DNA of 63,059 nucleotides, filler included, from Stramenopiles sp. TOSAG23-3 (Eukaryota), in assembly GCA_900128585.1 (NCBI GenBank). It is 10 parts of 10 records of this genome, joined end to end, with 100 filler letters (N's around TTAATTAATTAA, not from the genome) between each part and the next. Parts side by side here need not be neighbours in the genome. Positions count along the whole stretch, not along the records: positions 6,917 to 13,713 come from LT643251.1; positions 13,814 to 20,609 come from LT643252.1; positions 20,710 to 27,496 come from LT643253.1; 7 more parts are not named here. The stretch is one strand, 5' to 3'. This document shows, one piece after another, positions 11,389 to 23,450 of the stretch. The position numbers and the translations under genes were made by a program. Under the pieces are notes generated by a model. That model had not been told where the DNA came from and searched no databases. It was given only the letters and a program-made list of their open reading frames with translations. The first letter of the stretch is position 1. Every line of letters begins with the position of its first letter.

Positions 11389-12184
11389 AGCTCGTCTCGT
11401 GAACGGAGAAAGGCACGCTTGAAGTGCAAACAACCTGGGCCGCTTATGTTTCAACAATGGTCGACGTTTTTGTGTGTCTATTTATCATCTTTATTCGGAA
11501 TTTTAAAGGCACCGGTCGAAGTGTCTAGTTTATTATGTCAATACTTATTATTAAAGCTTTGAGTCTTAGAGCGATACCGGACGACCGCTTGCTGAACAAA
11601 TAAAAAAATGATGCACGAAATCCATTATATAACGCTGTGTTACTGGTATTTTCTTTAAAACTTTAAACAGCATCATCATTATACATAACGGCTTCTTTCC
11701 TAATTATTATTTCCTATTACATTCGTCCTTATTACATTGTAATGTATAATATACATAAACACAGTATTAATTACAGTATTATATTATGATTAATGTGTGG
11801 TACGTAGCTGTAATTATTTTTTAACAGGTAAATAGTATTCATGCGAGTAATAACAATAAAATAAGGAAAGAGAAAGAAGAGGAGAGGAGGAAAGCGGGAT
11901 TGAGAATTGAGACAAGAAGAGGAGGAGGAGAAGGAGAGGGATGTTTATGATATTGATTGTGATCAAATTATTATAACGAATAAAGCATATTATATTTAGA
12001 CAACGATGTAATTCTAATAGTGAATTAATTAAATTAATCACAGAGTAAATGACGAAGGAAAGAAATGAATGGAAAACAGAATTAAGTTTACCATCCATTA
12101 CGCAAATACGGGGTCGGTAGGTAGAGCTGTTAGTAGACAAAGTCCAACCCGTTGACGGAGGGCGATTGAACGAGAACACCTGAA

Positions 12185-13713
12185 ATGGCGCTCTACTTGT
12201 TCTTGTCTTTGAGTCTCCTTCATCTGCTCGGGTTAACAAGTTGTTATAGTCTCAAAAAGCAGGCGTGGGCACGGTATAGCGCCTTGGAAACCGTGCTTGT
12301 TGATGCACGAAAGAGCAACACCGTTGCAAAGGACCTTTATTTTCATGTTACAATAGATTTTTTGACAGACGCTGGGGGGGAAGAATTCCATATTGACTGC
12401 CCCCTGTGGTCCTGCAACAGTTTAGAATCGCCTTGCACACCGATAGAGAGGCCCGAGCGAACGCAAAGAAGCAGCGATAAAATGTGGTGGGCCACGTTTA
12501 AAGATCGTATGGCAGATTTTTCTCATGCACACAAACTGAATGTTGTGTTTAAAGCCTCGAACCTTGAGGGTGGGCCAGGTACTTTAAGCGGTTGTAAGGT
12601 CCACACGAACAAATTATCGACGGCGTTTCCTTTAATCGGTTCTGATTCGATTAGCGATAGACTTGTCCTAATTTTAAATCATGCAAAGCAAGAAAGTCCT
12701 ATGCCCACCCTTCCTTTTAAAAACATGTCTTTCGTTGAAGCGAAACAGGCAATACCATCAAAGAATGACCCGTGTTATCGAGAACTGGTCTCCTATACAA
12801 ATTGTGTAAAAGAAAAGCAAGATGTGCGACTGTGCCCGAATGAAAACAGGCGGTTGAAAGATTGTCGTGTCCGAAGCACTATCAAAGAGGAAAGTGGCTA
12901 CGTAATAAATACAGCCAAGAAAAAAGAGACGAAGGGATACTCGTTTAGATCTTGCGGCGGTGCGGGAGGATGCCCATCTGCGGCTTCTGCAGGTGCACCT
13001 CCAGGGGAACTTGCTGGCAAAATGGAGTTGCCGAGCCCGCCAGTCTCAAGCCCTGGGGGGGAGGATGTCTCCGACTCTAGTGGGGTCGTTGTTATGAGCA
13101 TTGTTCATACAGTTATGGGGTCTCTTGTCCCGCAAACGGTGGACCATTTTGCAATTAAAGCCCAGCAGGAATGGCCAAGGGTGTTGACCGTCTCCTTGCT
13201 CAACGGGATTCCATCGAACGGCAACGGCAATGGTGCGGGCAGCGAGGGTCAACCATCTAATGGCGATGCTCCTGGAGAGTACAAATTTCGGGAAATTACC
13301 CCTGGGCCTAAGAGCAAACCCACCATTAAGATGTCTACGCCTCGGAAAATGATCGAGGTAGAAACGGAAGCAAGGCAATCGTTGGCAATGGCAGATAGAG
13401 AAGTAGAAAGGGCGGCTGAAAATTTAAAAGGCCTGCACATTTCACTTGCTAAACTGAAGGGTGAAGTTGCACTATCACTCAAAAAGTCAAAGGAGCACTC
13501 CAGCAAAGCGCTAGCTTTTGAAAGTGATGAATTTCGGCGCGGTATTGAAATGAAAAAAGCAAACATTCAACAAGAAGAAGCTGCGAGAAAGTTAGAGTTG
13601 GTAGCAAGCGTGGCGGACGAAATTAAAAAAGCTGCCAAACACTCTAACGATGCCGCAGAGTTATCTGCAGCGGCGGCTCTAAAGCTGCGCAGAATTAGAC
13701 GCGAAAAAAAGGA
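12185..13713 (+). CDS. Secreted hypothetical protein with Cys motifs and coiled coil, 3'-truncated
   Basis: Signal peptide MALYLFLSLSLLHLLGLTSC; CX9CX9CX9C at 12773-12865; frame open to the spacer. Confidence 0.75.
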
Positions 13714-13813
13714 NNNNNNNNNNNNNNNNNNNNNNNNNNNNNNNNNNNNNNNNNNNNTTAATTAATTAANNNNNNNNNNNNNNNNNNNNNNNNNNNNNNN
13801 NNNNNNNNNNNNN
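13714..13813. other. Artificial contig spacer
   Basis: 44 N + TTAATTAATTAA + 44 N. Confidence 0.99.
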
Positions 13814-15622
13814 CGTCAGTAGAGTGATCAGTAAGCGAATGTAACGGTGTGATAAATAGGCGGCGTCGTGGAGAACTTTCGTGTAGTGAAAGCGGGCCAT
13901 ATCCAGATCGCCTGATTCAAGTAGATTAAGCGCATAGTTTTCGCACGCGTCAAGTCTTTTGCAGGGAACGAAGTGCACTGTAAACATATTGGAGGCTGCA
14001 ATAGAAGCATTTGACCCCAGATCACGTACATGAACTTGCAAATTGGCACTAAGAGGATGGGCACCACCGTCAATAGCTGTCATCGGAAATATAGTTTTGA
14101 GTGGAAATCTGTACTCTACAGACGAGATATTGTTGCATACTTCCTGCAGAAGCTCTCGACCAGAGGTGACCGACAATGTATGCAAAATAGAAGCAGGCTT
14201 CGTCAACGTCACGCATACCAATGCTGTCGAACCTCCACGTTTTCCCCAAATTGCCCGAATCAGTAATGTTTCAAAAATGCTGCTCCCAAGGTCCGTGACT
14301 GGGAGTACTTGGTTTGGGTGCAAGTTTTCAACGCGTACAAAGGGAACGCCATCGTGCAATGTTTCCTTAATCAAATCAAGAAAAATTTGCGCAACAATGC
14401 CCATCGACGAGTAAATGCGAGCAAAAAGAGGTCCACTGAAGTAAGAGTGGATTTTTATGTTGTCGCCCAATGCCATCTGTAAGCTCTCGGTAAGACTTGG
14501 TGACGAAGGTTCGAAATACTCAAACTTTTCCCCGTGTCTTGATGTGTTTAGTACGGTCGAATTAATTGGCAAAGAAACCGGAATATCCACAAACCTGTAG
14601 CCCGGGCGTTTCTTGAAGTACTGGTTCGTGTGTATCACAACTGTACCGCATGACAGTGCTTCTAAAATACGGTCAGAATACTCGTGCAAACGATGAGGAG
14701 ATATATAGGCGTCGACCGAGTTGTAAGTGTTCACCCAGTCCATCGAGGTAAACAGTGTGTCCAAGAAAAGAATGTTTCCACTTTTGTACCACCGCATTGC
14801 CCCATTTGTATCCTTTACAGCCGTCTCGAGCCGGTCGCGCGAGCGCTTGCCGAACCCTTTCAAAAGCAGAACATGCTTTTTCGCGGAATTTTTGCTGAGT
14901 TCTACATTGTTCAAAAACTGAACAAAAGAGTGCAATAAAACGTCTATGCCTTCGCCCCAGACCATTTTTCCAGCAAAAAAGAGCACAATAGTATCCTCGG
15001 GATTACTAGAAATTAAGGAGAACAGCCAGGACCTCGCTTTTATCTTTTCCTTAAGCTGCAGGGGACGAAAAACATTCGTCTCGACTCCATAAGGCAGCAC
15101 AAACACATCTGCGCTTGGAAATCCACGGCCGACAACGTCGCTTTTTGTCTGCTCCGAAGGAACGACAATAGTGCAATTTACACTGTCGGTATGGCTGCCA
15201 AGAAGAGGACCTGCACGCACAGGGTTGTATAAAAATGTGAAAACGTGGTCAGCTCTATGCCTCGATGCGTGGGAAGGTGCAAACTTTCCGAACTGGATTA
15301 AAACGGTTTTTCTCCCAATGATGGTGGTGTTAACGTCCATTCCGCCTGATTCTTCGGGGCATGCAAGACCAACGCAAGTGTAGCTGTCAAAATCAAGGCC
15401 GTCCGCGGTGATTATGGCGGCAGTCATATGAGGTATTTTCCGCAGTTGGTCCGTAATCTCGTCAAGCACAGACTTTGAGTAGTAGCGCTGCTGAATTAAA
15501 TCAGGTTCAAATTCAGGGTAGTTTTCGACGATAAATTTGTACCGAACGGTTATACATCGCCCGGTTCGCAGAAGAGCACATACCACAAGCCCCAAAAAGG
15601 AAAGTGATAGTGGAAACGCCAT
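13814..15622 (-). CDS. GT-B glycosyltransferase (family 4-like) with signal peptide and start of a TPR-like region, 3'-truncated
   Basis: Motifs IVVPSEQTK, VLPYGVETNVFRP, FFAGKMVWGEGIDVLL, YNSVDAYISP, ILEALSCGTVVIHT. Confidence 0.8.
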
Positions 15623-16576
15623 ACTGTAGTCTTGGGTACTCTAAAATACAGTATTCATGGCAGTATCTCGGCGACTTTTACAAGAGGCATGAAATGACAA
15701 AGCTTGTCGATCCAACTCATATATAAAGCTATTTCACTTCCATACTTCTACAACAAACCTGCACAAATTTACAAGCCACAAAACATGTGTCCGGTTACCC
15801 CTCAAATGCGCGCGATTTCAACTCAGACGTCCGGTCCTGTGTGGGTGTATTGTGATGACGTCCTCCTTCTTAAACCACATTCTTCAATGACCCTTCTTCT
15901 TCTTCTTCTTCTTGATATTATAAATAATTTTTTAAGAATTTAATAATTTTAACTGCTCCCCCCTCCCCTCCCTATTATTATATTAGACGACTATTATATT
16001 ATAATTTTTTTAAATCATCATCACATTAAAAAATAATAAAAGAAACAGAAATAATATTATTATACTGGTAACAGAGCATCAGATAAATGAAATATAAAAA
16101 GACGACAAGCGACAACCTCACAACAAAACTTCTTTCTTTTTTTTTCTTCACGAGAAGAAGAAAAGTTTGTTGAATTCAAACGTCTCTTCTATTTAAGGTG
16201 TAGTTATCTCTTTGATTTACATTCCATATTTATCACTATATTTTCAATATATACTAGACTATTATATGGAATTGATTATTTGATTCCTTACTTTAGACAG
16301 AATTCATCCATCTCAAGGGAAGAAAAGAAAAAAACGACTTTGTTACTACTACCCTTGGTACGGGTATATAGTAGTTGTTTTATTATTTTATAGTTTTTGT
16401 TTTTGGCAAACAAAGTGTGACTCAAGCTTTTTATTGGATCGATACAGATATAGTTGATTAAGAAAACTTCAATTGGAAAAAAAAAATCAAATTATTTGGG
16501 TTTTATAGTATAAATATACACAGAAAAGATAAAGATAAGCACATAATTCAACACTTTATACGCGTGAAACAGATCA

Positions 16577-19500
16577 ATGGCATCATTAGCCGAAGGAAAT
16601 GTTACAGAGAAGCTTGGGCAACTGCTGCTCGACACCCTGTCCCCGAATACTGATGTGCGGACAGCAGCCACAGCATCGATGTCGGAGAAGTCATTGCAGC
16701 CTGGTTTTGTGGTGTCTCTATTCGCGGTGGTAAAACAATCAAATCAGTCAGGGCAGTCTAGTGGGAAATGCCTCGCGTGCTGTACTTACCTGAAAAATTT
16801 TATCAAGAAGCACTGGAAACTAAAATCAGGCACGTTTCTTCTTCAGGCAGAGAGGACGGAGATACGCACGGCGCTGGTGGACTTACTCCTTGACAATTCC
16901 CTCAAAGTCGGGAAAAGCGCGTCTTCGCTGCTGGCAGAATGCATTCGCCTCATTGCTCTTGAAGACTTTCCAAAGGAGTGGCCAGAAGCCACCTCAAAAA
17001 TTAGCAGCATCTTTCAAAATTTGCAGGAAGACCCTGCAACCCTCGAGAGGGCAATCTTGTTCGTGTACGTCGTGGTGAAGCGGTACGAGTACTTTTTTGA
17101 CCCGTTGCATTCAAAATCGGATTCGCCTGCAGAGTTGAAACTGATTGCAGACGCGGTTCTTCCAAAACTAACTGCAATATTTACGAAGATGATGTCTTCG
17201 GGGTCAGCCGCGAGCTTTCCTGAAGAACAGAAACGGCTGCTAAGGATGATTGCTAAATTGTATTTTAGAATCACCCGATCGTACCTTCCAGACGTTGCCA
17301 AAACGGTAGCCCCAGATTTTCTTGGTGCTTGCATGATAGTTTTGGCAGACATCACTGCAGGGATGCAAGACGACGTGAAAGTACAAGATGAGGACTTTAT
17401 GATCGACGAAGAAGAATTGTCCCAAGAGTGGCGATTGCATAAAAGAGTTTTGAAGCTGTTCACGTCTATCCAATCTCGCCATCGGCAACTTGCAGAACCT
17501 TACATGGCCCGTCTGGTTGACCTCTGTAGGCTTGCGACACAGCGCCCGCGGGGAGCTTTGCCAGACCGAATATACTCACAATGCTTTGATATTCTTGCAG
17601 CCACGACGGCGCATAAATCGCACTACGCACTGGTGAAGAAACATTTCCCTGAAATTGTAGAAAAGTCCATTTTTCCACACCTCGAATTGTCCAGTACGGA
17701 CAAAGAATGCTGGCTAGAGGACGAGGATGAGTACGTCCGCTCAAACCTGAGCTTGGAGGACATGGAAATCGAAGACAATGAAATCGAATCTTATACGGGA
17801 CGAAAATCGGCAATGAACTTTTTGACTGTAATGTCAGACTACTCTGAAGGCAGCAACAAACCGGCCGGCGGTGGCAAACAAAAGCGTAAGAAAGGGAAAG
17901 GGAACAGCTCCAAGCATAGCACTCCAAACTTTCAAATTGTTTTGAAATACATCGATCGTCTCAACCATAACCTGACTTCCTCCATCAACGAAATCGCAAA
18001 GAGCCCTGTTGAAGAAGCTGAAAAAGAACGATCTGCGCTCGAGGTGGACCGTGAAAAGAAACAGTATGCCATATTGCTAGCTTACGGCGCAATGGCCGAT
18101 GCCATTTGCAAGTCTACTAAAGGAGCGGCTATTAGCACTTTTATCAGGAACAACGTGCAGCCCGCTTGCGACAAAAGCGGCGTCATGCTGGCGTTTCCGA
18201 ATTGGAAAGTGAAGCAAAGCCCTTACTTGGCCGCAAACGCCCTATGGGTAGGGGCGCAGTTTGCAGAACACTTTTCAATTCAGACCTTGGCGAATGAAAT
18301 GTTTGACCTCTCATTGGCAATGATGTCCACTCGTGATCCAGACGTCGAAGAAGTGGACGATGATGCCCCTACGTCTTGGAAACCAATCCGTGTGGTTGCC
18401 GGGCATGCTCTTCGAAACACCATAGAGTGCCATTTTGATGAGAGAGAAGACATCAAGGACCGGTTAAAAGTGCTCATTGAAAGTATGATTGCAATAGCGA
18501 ACGATGCAGATGATTCCTTGTCTTGTGATCGAATGAATTACACCGTGCTAGCTACGACCTTTGAATCTGCGGGAGTTGACGTGGTTCCATACGTTTCTCT
18601 AGTCGGCGGCCACTTGTTCCAGTGCTGCATTTCAGACTTGAACGAAGGAGGCGACTTACTTTCTTCTGCTGCTTTCAAGACAATGAATTCTCTCGGCGAA
18701 AACATCGAAGGCTTGCTAGATGAGCTGGAAAGTGCTGAAGCGGACGACGAAGACGCTCTTCCCAGTGGCTGGGATGTTATACAAGCGCTGGCTGTCATAG
18801 AGAAAGCGTTCGATCAGATGGCAGACATTTTGCTCCGGCTGTACACCACCCCTGACATAGAGTACCACCCAGATGTAGGAAGCATGATTCGGTGCATACT
18901 TAGCTTCATTAGCCCGGTGCGTGAAGACGACGAAGTACCCCTAACTCCAAGCGAACAGTACAGAATAAAATCCTCGTTGGGCGAAAAAGCTCGAAACGTG
19001 GCGTTTCTATTCTGCAACTCTTTGTCGGGCTCCGTGGATGATTTGATTCAGGCCGACGATGAGTTTCCAACATTTGTTTTGTTGGCCAAGTATTGCAGTA
19101 GGCATGAAGGTTTTTTTACGAAATCGCAAGATGGCCCGCAAACTTCTCCATTTGAAGCACTCATGCAATTGGCATTTCCATTGATGGAGTCTGGGATTGG
19201 AAGAGCCCCCAAAGCTGCATGCCGTATATTGATTTCTCTGTTCAACCATAAAAAGGATGACTGGGATGAATCGTTTCTCGAGCAATGCGTGACCTCGACT
19301 TTGGCGTGTGCAAGCTACAGCGTTTCGGACTTTCAGCTTGCTCAAATGACGTACTTGCTTAGTCATGTTGTCGTTAGGAACGTAGAACTTGCGATAAATG
19401 CTTCCAGGAACGCGGGAAGCCTTGGCGACCTTCTGATTGTTTTCAATAAAGGAATGCCGAATATAAATCGAACGCGGGGGCAGAAAATTGCAGTGTGGGC

Positions 19501-19990
19501 TGCGTTGCGTTTAGTGAATATGATTGGCCTGGGAAATAACTATTCTTCGGCAAACCGCAGACTGTGCGGCGATTTGTTTGCAAATTGTGTCTCGAACATC
19601 ACAGAAGATTGGAATGACATTGGCAACAGCGACGATGACGAGGAGTCCGAGGATGATTCTTCGGGGTCGTCAGATGATGAAGAGGAGGAAGAAGAGGGCG
19701 ATAGCGACGCCGGTGCATCGGAAGAGGAAAATGAAGAAGAGTTTTTGGCACGCTACGAAGAGGAAGCAAAGAAAATGGCTAAAAATGATGGTGGCGACGA
19801 GGATGACGATGATGAAATTGATGTCCTTTTCGAGTGTGACGACGAGCAGTATGTGTTCGCAGAGATGGACGTCCAAGCAAAGTTTATCGATTGGTACACT
19901 CGAAAGAAGAGCGTCCTTGAAGCGGAAGTCGCAAAACGGAAGACAGTCACAAATTTTGACAAGTTTTTAGTGAGCTTAACAAAAAATTAA
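16577..19990 (+). CDS. Importin-beta family karyopherin (importin-7/8-related, PLANTKAP-like)
   Basis: IBN_N-type start (LLLDTLSPNTDVRTAA...YLKNFIKKHW...IALEDFPKEWPE), W-x-E-D-x-D-E-Y motif, HEAT-like helices, acidic C-terminal tail. Confidence 0.9.
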   Translation: MASLAEGNVTEKLGQLLLDTLSPNTDVRTAATASMSEKSLQPGFVVSLFAVVKQSNQSGQSSGKCLACCTYLKNFIKKHWKLKSGTFLLQAERTEIRTALVDLLLDNSLKVGKSASSLLAECIRLIALEDFPKEWPEATSKISSIFQNLQEDPATLERAILFVYVVVKRYEYFFDPLHSKSDSPAELKLIADAVLPKLTAIFTKMMSSGSAASFPEEQKRLLRMIAKLYFRITRSYLPDVAKTVAPDFLGACMIVLADITAGMQDDVKVQDEDFMIDEEELSQEWRLHKRVLKLFTSIQSRHRQLAEPYMARLVDLCRLATQRPRGALPDRIYSQCFDILAATTAHKSHYALVKKHFPEIVEKSIFPHLELSSTDKECWLEDEDEYVRSNLSLEDMEIEDNEIESYTGRKSAMNFLTVMSDYSEGSNKPAGGGKQKRKKGKGNSSKHSTPNFQIVLKYIDRLNHNLTSSINEIAKSPVEEAEKERSALEVDREKKQYAILLAYGAMADAICKSTKGAAISTFIRNNVQPACDKSGVMLAFPNWKVKQSPYLAANALWVGAQFAEHFSIQTLANEMFDLSLAMMSTRDPDVEEVDDDAPTSWKPIRVVAGHALRNTIECHFDEREDIKDRLKVLIESMIAIANDADDSLSCDRMNYTVLATTFESAGVDVVPYVSLVGGHLFQCCISDLNEGGDLLSSAAFKTMNSLGENIEGLLDELESAEADDEDALPSGWDVIQALAVIEKAFDQMADILLRLYTTPDIEYHPDVGSMIRCILSFISPVREDDEVPLTPSEQYRIKSSLGEKARNVAFLFCNSLSGSVDDLIQADDEFPTFVLLAKYCSRHEGFFTKSQDGPQTSPFEALMQLAFPLMESGIGRAPKAACRILISLFNHKKDDWDESFLEQCVTSTLACASYSVSDFQLAQMTYLLSHVVVRNVELAINASRNAGSLGDLLIVFNKGMPNINRTRGQKIAVWAALRLVNMIGLGNNYSSANRRLCGDLFANCVSNITEDWNDIGNSDDDEESEDDSSGSSDDEEEEEEGDSDAGASEEENEEEFLARYEEEAKKMAKNDGGDEDDDDEIDVLFECDDEQYVFAEMDVQAKFIDWYTRKKSVLEAEVAKRKTVTNFDKFLVSLTKN

Positions 19991-20291
19991 AACACGCACT
20001 CTCCTCAAATATCAAGCTGAAACTTTTAAGAAACCATGATGTGCAATAAACATTTGATTCTTTTTCATTAAAAAATCCTTGTAAAATTGATAATTGCAAT
20101 ATTTTTTGTTTTGAAATGCGCTTGTTTCCAGATTAATTCTAAGTCTCCAAAGCATTGAATACGAGGAGGGGTCGACTTTCGATAATTTAATAAAATTCGC
20201 GGTACTTGCACATTTAATAAATTTTATTTTACGTAATTCTGGGCTTCGTATGTTTCTAATTATTACAATTCCACTAACAACAACAATTCTT

Positions 20292-20590
20292 CCTTTGCAT
20301 TTTGTTTGTTTTTTGTTTTTGTGTTTGCAATCGGTATTTTATATATACACAGCATTTCTTAAAATAAAGTAACAAGTCTCTTCGTTATTAAAATGAAAGA
20401 AATATATTCCAACACAAAAGTTACAACAAACAATATATTTTGGTAAAAGTAAAATACATATACGCAGCACTAAAAAAAGAACCAACTTTTGTTGCATGTA
20501 CCAACAACAAGTGTTCTTTTGCAATTTTTTTGTTTCTTTTTTTTGTTTTAGCAATCGGTATTTTATATTAACACAGCATCTCTTAAAATT
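20292..20590. repeat. Imperfect direct repeat about 225 bp apart
   Basis: GCAATCGGTATTTTATAT-n-ACACAGCAT-n-TCTTAAAAT at about 20327 and 20551, each preceded by a T-rich tract. Confidence 0.8.
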
Positions 20591-20609
20591 AATTAACATT
20601 TCTTTTCGG

Positions 20610-20709
20610 NNNNNNNNNNNNNNNNNNNNNNNNNNNNNNNNNNNNNNNNNNNNTTAATTAATTAANNNNNNNNNNNNNNNNNNNNNNNNNNNNNNNNNNN
20701 NNNNNNNNN
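20610..20709. other. Artificial contig spacer
   Basis: 44 N + TTAATTAATTAA + 44 N. Confidence 0.99.
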
Positions 20710-21660
20710 GGGGGGGGGGGGGGGGGGGGGGTCACAACAATAATATATAGACACACTACTATTATAAAACTATTAATAATATCTTTTCTTTTTTTCAGAC
20801 GACTTCCTCTCGTTTAGTACGCGTACTTTAAAACTACGAATTCGACAGGAAGAAGTCACTACCCGGTCGTCGAGCTATACTGTTCAGCTGCTGTAAAGGT
20901 GTAATAAAGATATTGGTACAAAATAATAAAATATTATACTTCAACTACGAGGAGAACTTGAAAAAAAGGAAGGGATATTTCAATATTAAACCGGTTGTAT
21001 TCCTGGTTAAACTTTTACCCCCCCACTTTTCAGACTTCTATTTTCTAGATTGAGTGTTTGGTCCCTCCTCAAAAAGTTCTTTATTGTGTCCCTGTTAAAT
21101 TTTAGTTTAGTATATTTTCTAGAGCAGAGAAAGAGATTTTTGAATATCTGGAATAGTCAAGTCTATTTATTATTGACTGACTAGACTATTGTCATCACTT
21201 TACTTTTATTTTATAGACACTCCTCGTATCATGCGATGATCATCTACGTATCAGTTAAAAAATTGTAATAATTTTATTTTTTAAAACGATGATCGATCCG
21301 CGATATTTCTTCGAAAGAAGTAGAGTAAACAAATACGAACGACGACACAGCACCACCTTCTATTATCAAAATGTCATAATAGACTGACTACTGAAAGTAT
21401 AATAATAATTAAGCCATTATTTAGTTAGACACTCTAATAATAATACTATTATTTTTATTATTATTATTATCACTGCCTATTGATCAGCCGATTATTCATA
21501 AGAGAATGAACCGTGTAGATAGATAAGGTGGAACAGAAAATTATACAGTCATGGAGAGAAGATATGTGCTCTCAGGAGTGTATCTACGGAACGCCTAAAT
21601 TAATTATCTGTAGCTATAGCTTGGGACAATAGGCGTAGAGTTAGTATACTCCTGGTTTAG

Positions 21661-23205
21661 ATGAGTTCTAATACCCTAGGTGGTGGTGCGGGGTACGAAG
21701 AAATTGATCACGACGAGTATTCGACCGCGGAGGAAGGCGGGGAACTGAGGGAAATCCTTTTATCGCCGTTGGTACCGGTCGCGCTGCAAAAGAAGAAAGC
21801 TCCATGTTGTAGCTGGAAGAAGGTTGGTATCGTGTCGGTCACCTTGGCGGCATTGTACTTAGTTCTGCTGCCTGCTGCGGTCAGCATTATGGTCGCCGTT
21901 GCACCTCTTACTATTGTTGACTTCGAAATGCTGGGGTTACCAACATCCGCGATGTATAAGGACACTTCTGTTCCAACAATTCGAGTTATGTCCACGATGA
22001 GCATGAGCAAAAGACTGCCAGTAAATACTAAAGTAAATTCTCGAGATTTTACTATTTTGTATAAAAATAAGGACCTTGGTGCCATGGTCCCAGACTTGCC
22101 TTTGGATACGACAGAGACAGGGAAGGTCACGTTCAACTCGTCTCTGCGAGTGCAATCAACAGAAGGATTTCATGCATTAGGGCAAGATTTGGTTCGCAAA
22201 GATAAGGTGACGTTACATTTGCAATCCTGGTCTTCAATTTCAGTTCCCATATTTGGCTCTGCTGCTGAATTTTCCATCCCTTTCGTGTACATATCAAAGG
22301 ACATTACAATGAAGGCTTGCAGCGGTTTAAATACGATGCATCTGGAAGTTTTTGATTTGGCCGACATGCCCGGTCCGAAAAAAGATGTGCGACTGCACAT
22401 GCGAGTGAAACTTTTCAATCCTAGCGCCGTCAGTGTGTTAGATTTAGGACATGCGAAGTTTGACGTTTTTTTTCGTAATTCGTTTGTGACTTCATTGGCG
22501 TCGGAAGGGGATATGAAATTGTTGGCAGGGTCGAACACACTGATAGCTAATGGACTCTTTCGGCCGGCCGACGTAACAAAGACAGAAGTCTTGATTTCTG
22601 ACTTCATTGAAGGGCACGAAGTGATTATAGATGCAATTGCGCCTGTAAAAGATGCGTCCGACGTTCCCTTATTCAGCGCATTTTTAGCGGGTATGAATTT
22701 GAAAGCAAAGCTGCGTGGTATTCCAAGTGGGGTTATAGTAGCTGGTCTGATGGATTTTGCGCCATTAAAGACAATTGCAGATTTACTCCTTTATGGAAAA
22801 CTAGAAATCGACTCCCAAATACGCTTGTACAACCCATTTAAGGCGCTTGTGACCGTGACTGCGGTCAAATTTCTCATATACTATAAAGGCGTGGAACTCG
22901 GCAGTGCAGATTCAAAAGCGTTACACGTACCCGTCTATGGAAATTCGAGTGCGTACACAGAAAAATTAACAATGGTCGTCGATACAAAAGGAAATAAATC
23001 AAATGAAGAAGCGATCATTCATGCTATTGAAGATACATTCAAATATGGATATTGCAAGATTAGTCTGAAAGGGGTTTTCACCATCACCATAGGGCAGTAT
23101 ACTTTTTCTCCTCCGTATGAACAACCTGCAAACATTCTTGGCTGTAGCTTTCTCGACCGGGAGCCGTGTGATAATGCAAAGCCTCCAAATTGTCCGACCT
23201 GCTGA
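21661..23205 (+). CDS. Type II membrane protein with tandem LEA_2/DUF3712-like beta domains
   Basis: One TM helix near aa 55-82; repeated LFNPSAVSVLDLG and LYNPFKALVTV...IYYKGVELG motifs. Confidence 0.75.
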   Translation: MSSNTLGGGAGYEEIDHDEYSTAEEGGELREILLSPLVPVALQKKKAPCCSWKKVGIVSVTLAALYLVLLPAAVSIMVAVAPLTIVDFEMLGLPTSAMYKDTSVPTIRVMSTMSMSKRLPVNTKVNSRDFTILYKNKDLGAMVPDLPLDTTETGKVTFNSSLRVQSTEGFHALGQDLVRKDKVTLHLQSWSSISVPIFGSAAEFSIPFVYISKDITMKACSGLNTMHLEVFDLADMPGPKKDVRLHMRVKLFNPSAVSVLDLGHAKFDVFFRNSFVTSLASEGDMKLLAGSNTLIANGLFRPADVTKTEVLISDFIEGHEVIIDAIAPVKDASDVPLFSAFLAGMNLKAKLRGIPSGVIVAGLMDFAPLKTIADLLLYGKLEIDSQIRLYNPFKALVTVTAVKFLIYYKGVELGSADSKALHVPVYGNSSAYTEKLTMVVDTKGNKSNEEAIIHAIEDTFKYGYCKISLKGVFTITIGQYTFSPPYEQPANILGCSFLDREPCDNAKPPNCPTC

Positions 23206-23256
23206 ATCGACAGCGGAGATAACATACGACTCTTTAAGTTTTAATTACTAGTCTAT

Positions 23257-23332
23257 AAAATAACAGCCAATTTTCTTGTTTTTTAAGTTTTAGTTTTATA
23301 ACTTTTAATAACAGCCAATTTTCTTGTTTTAA
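23257..23332 (+). repeat. Two copies of AATAACAGCCAATTTTCTTGTTTT
   Basis: Exact motif twice between convergent genes; same motif on contigs 1, 6 and 9. Confidence 0.9.
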
Positions 23333-23450
23333 TTAAAGTTAAAAATTACCAAAAATTGTATTACTAAAAATTAAATTCGTTTTACGTCATTCTCAGATAT
23401 TTTTAATTTAAATCAAACTTCAAATGAGTGTAGAGGGGCTAAATCTCCCA

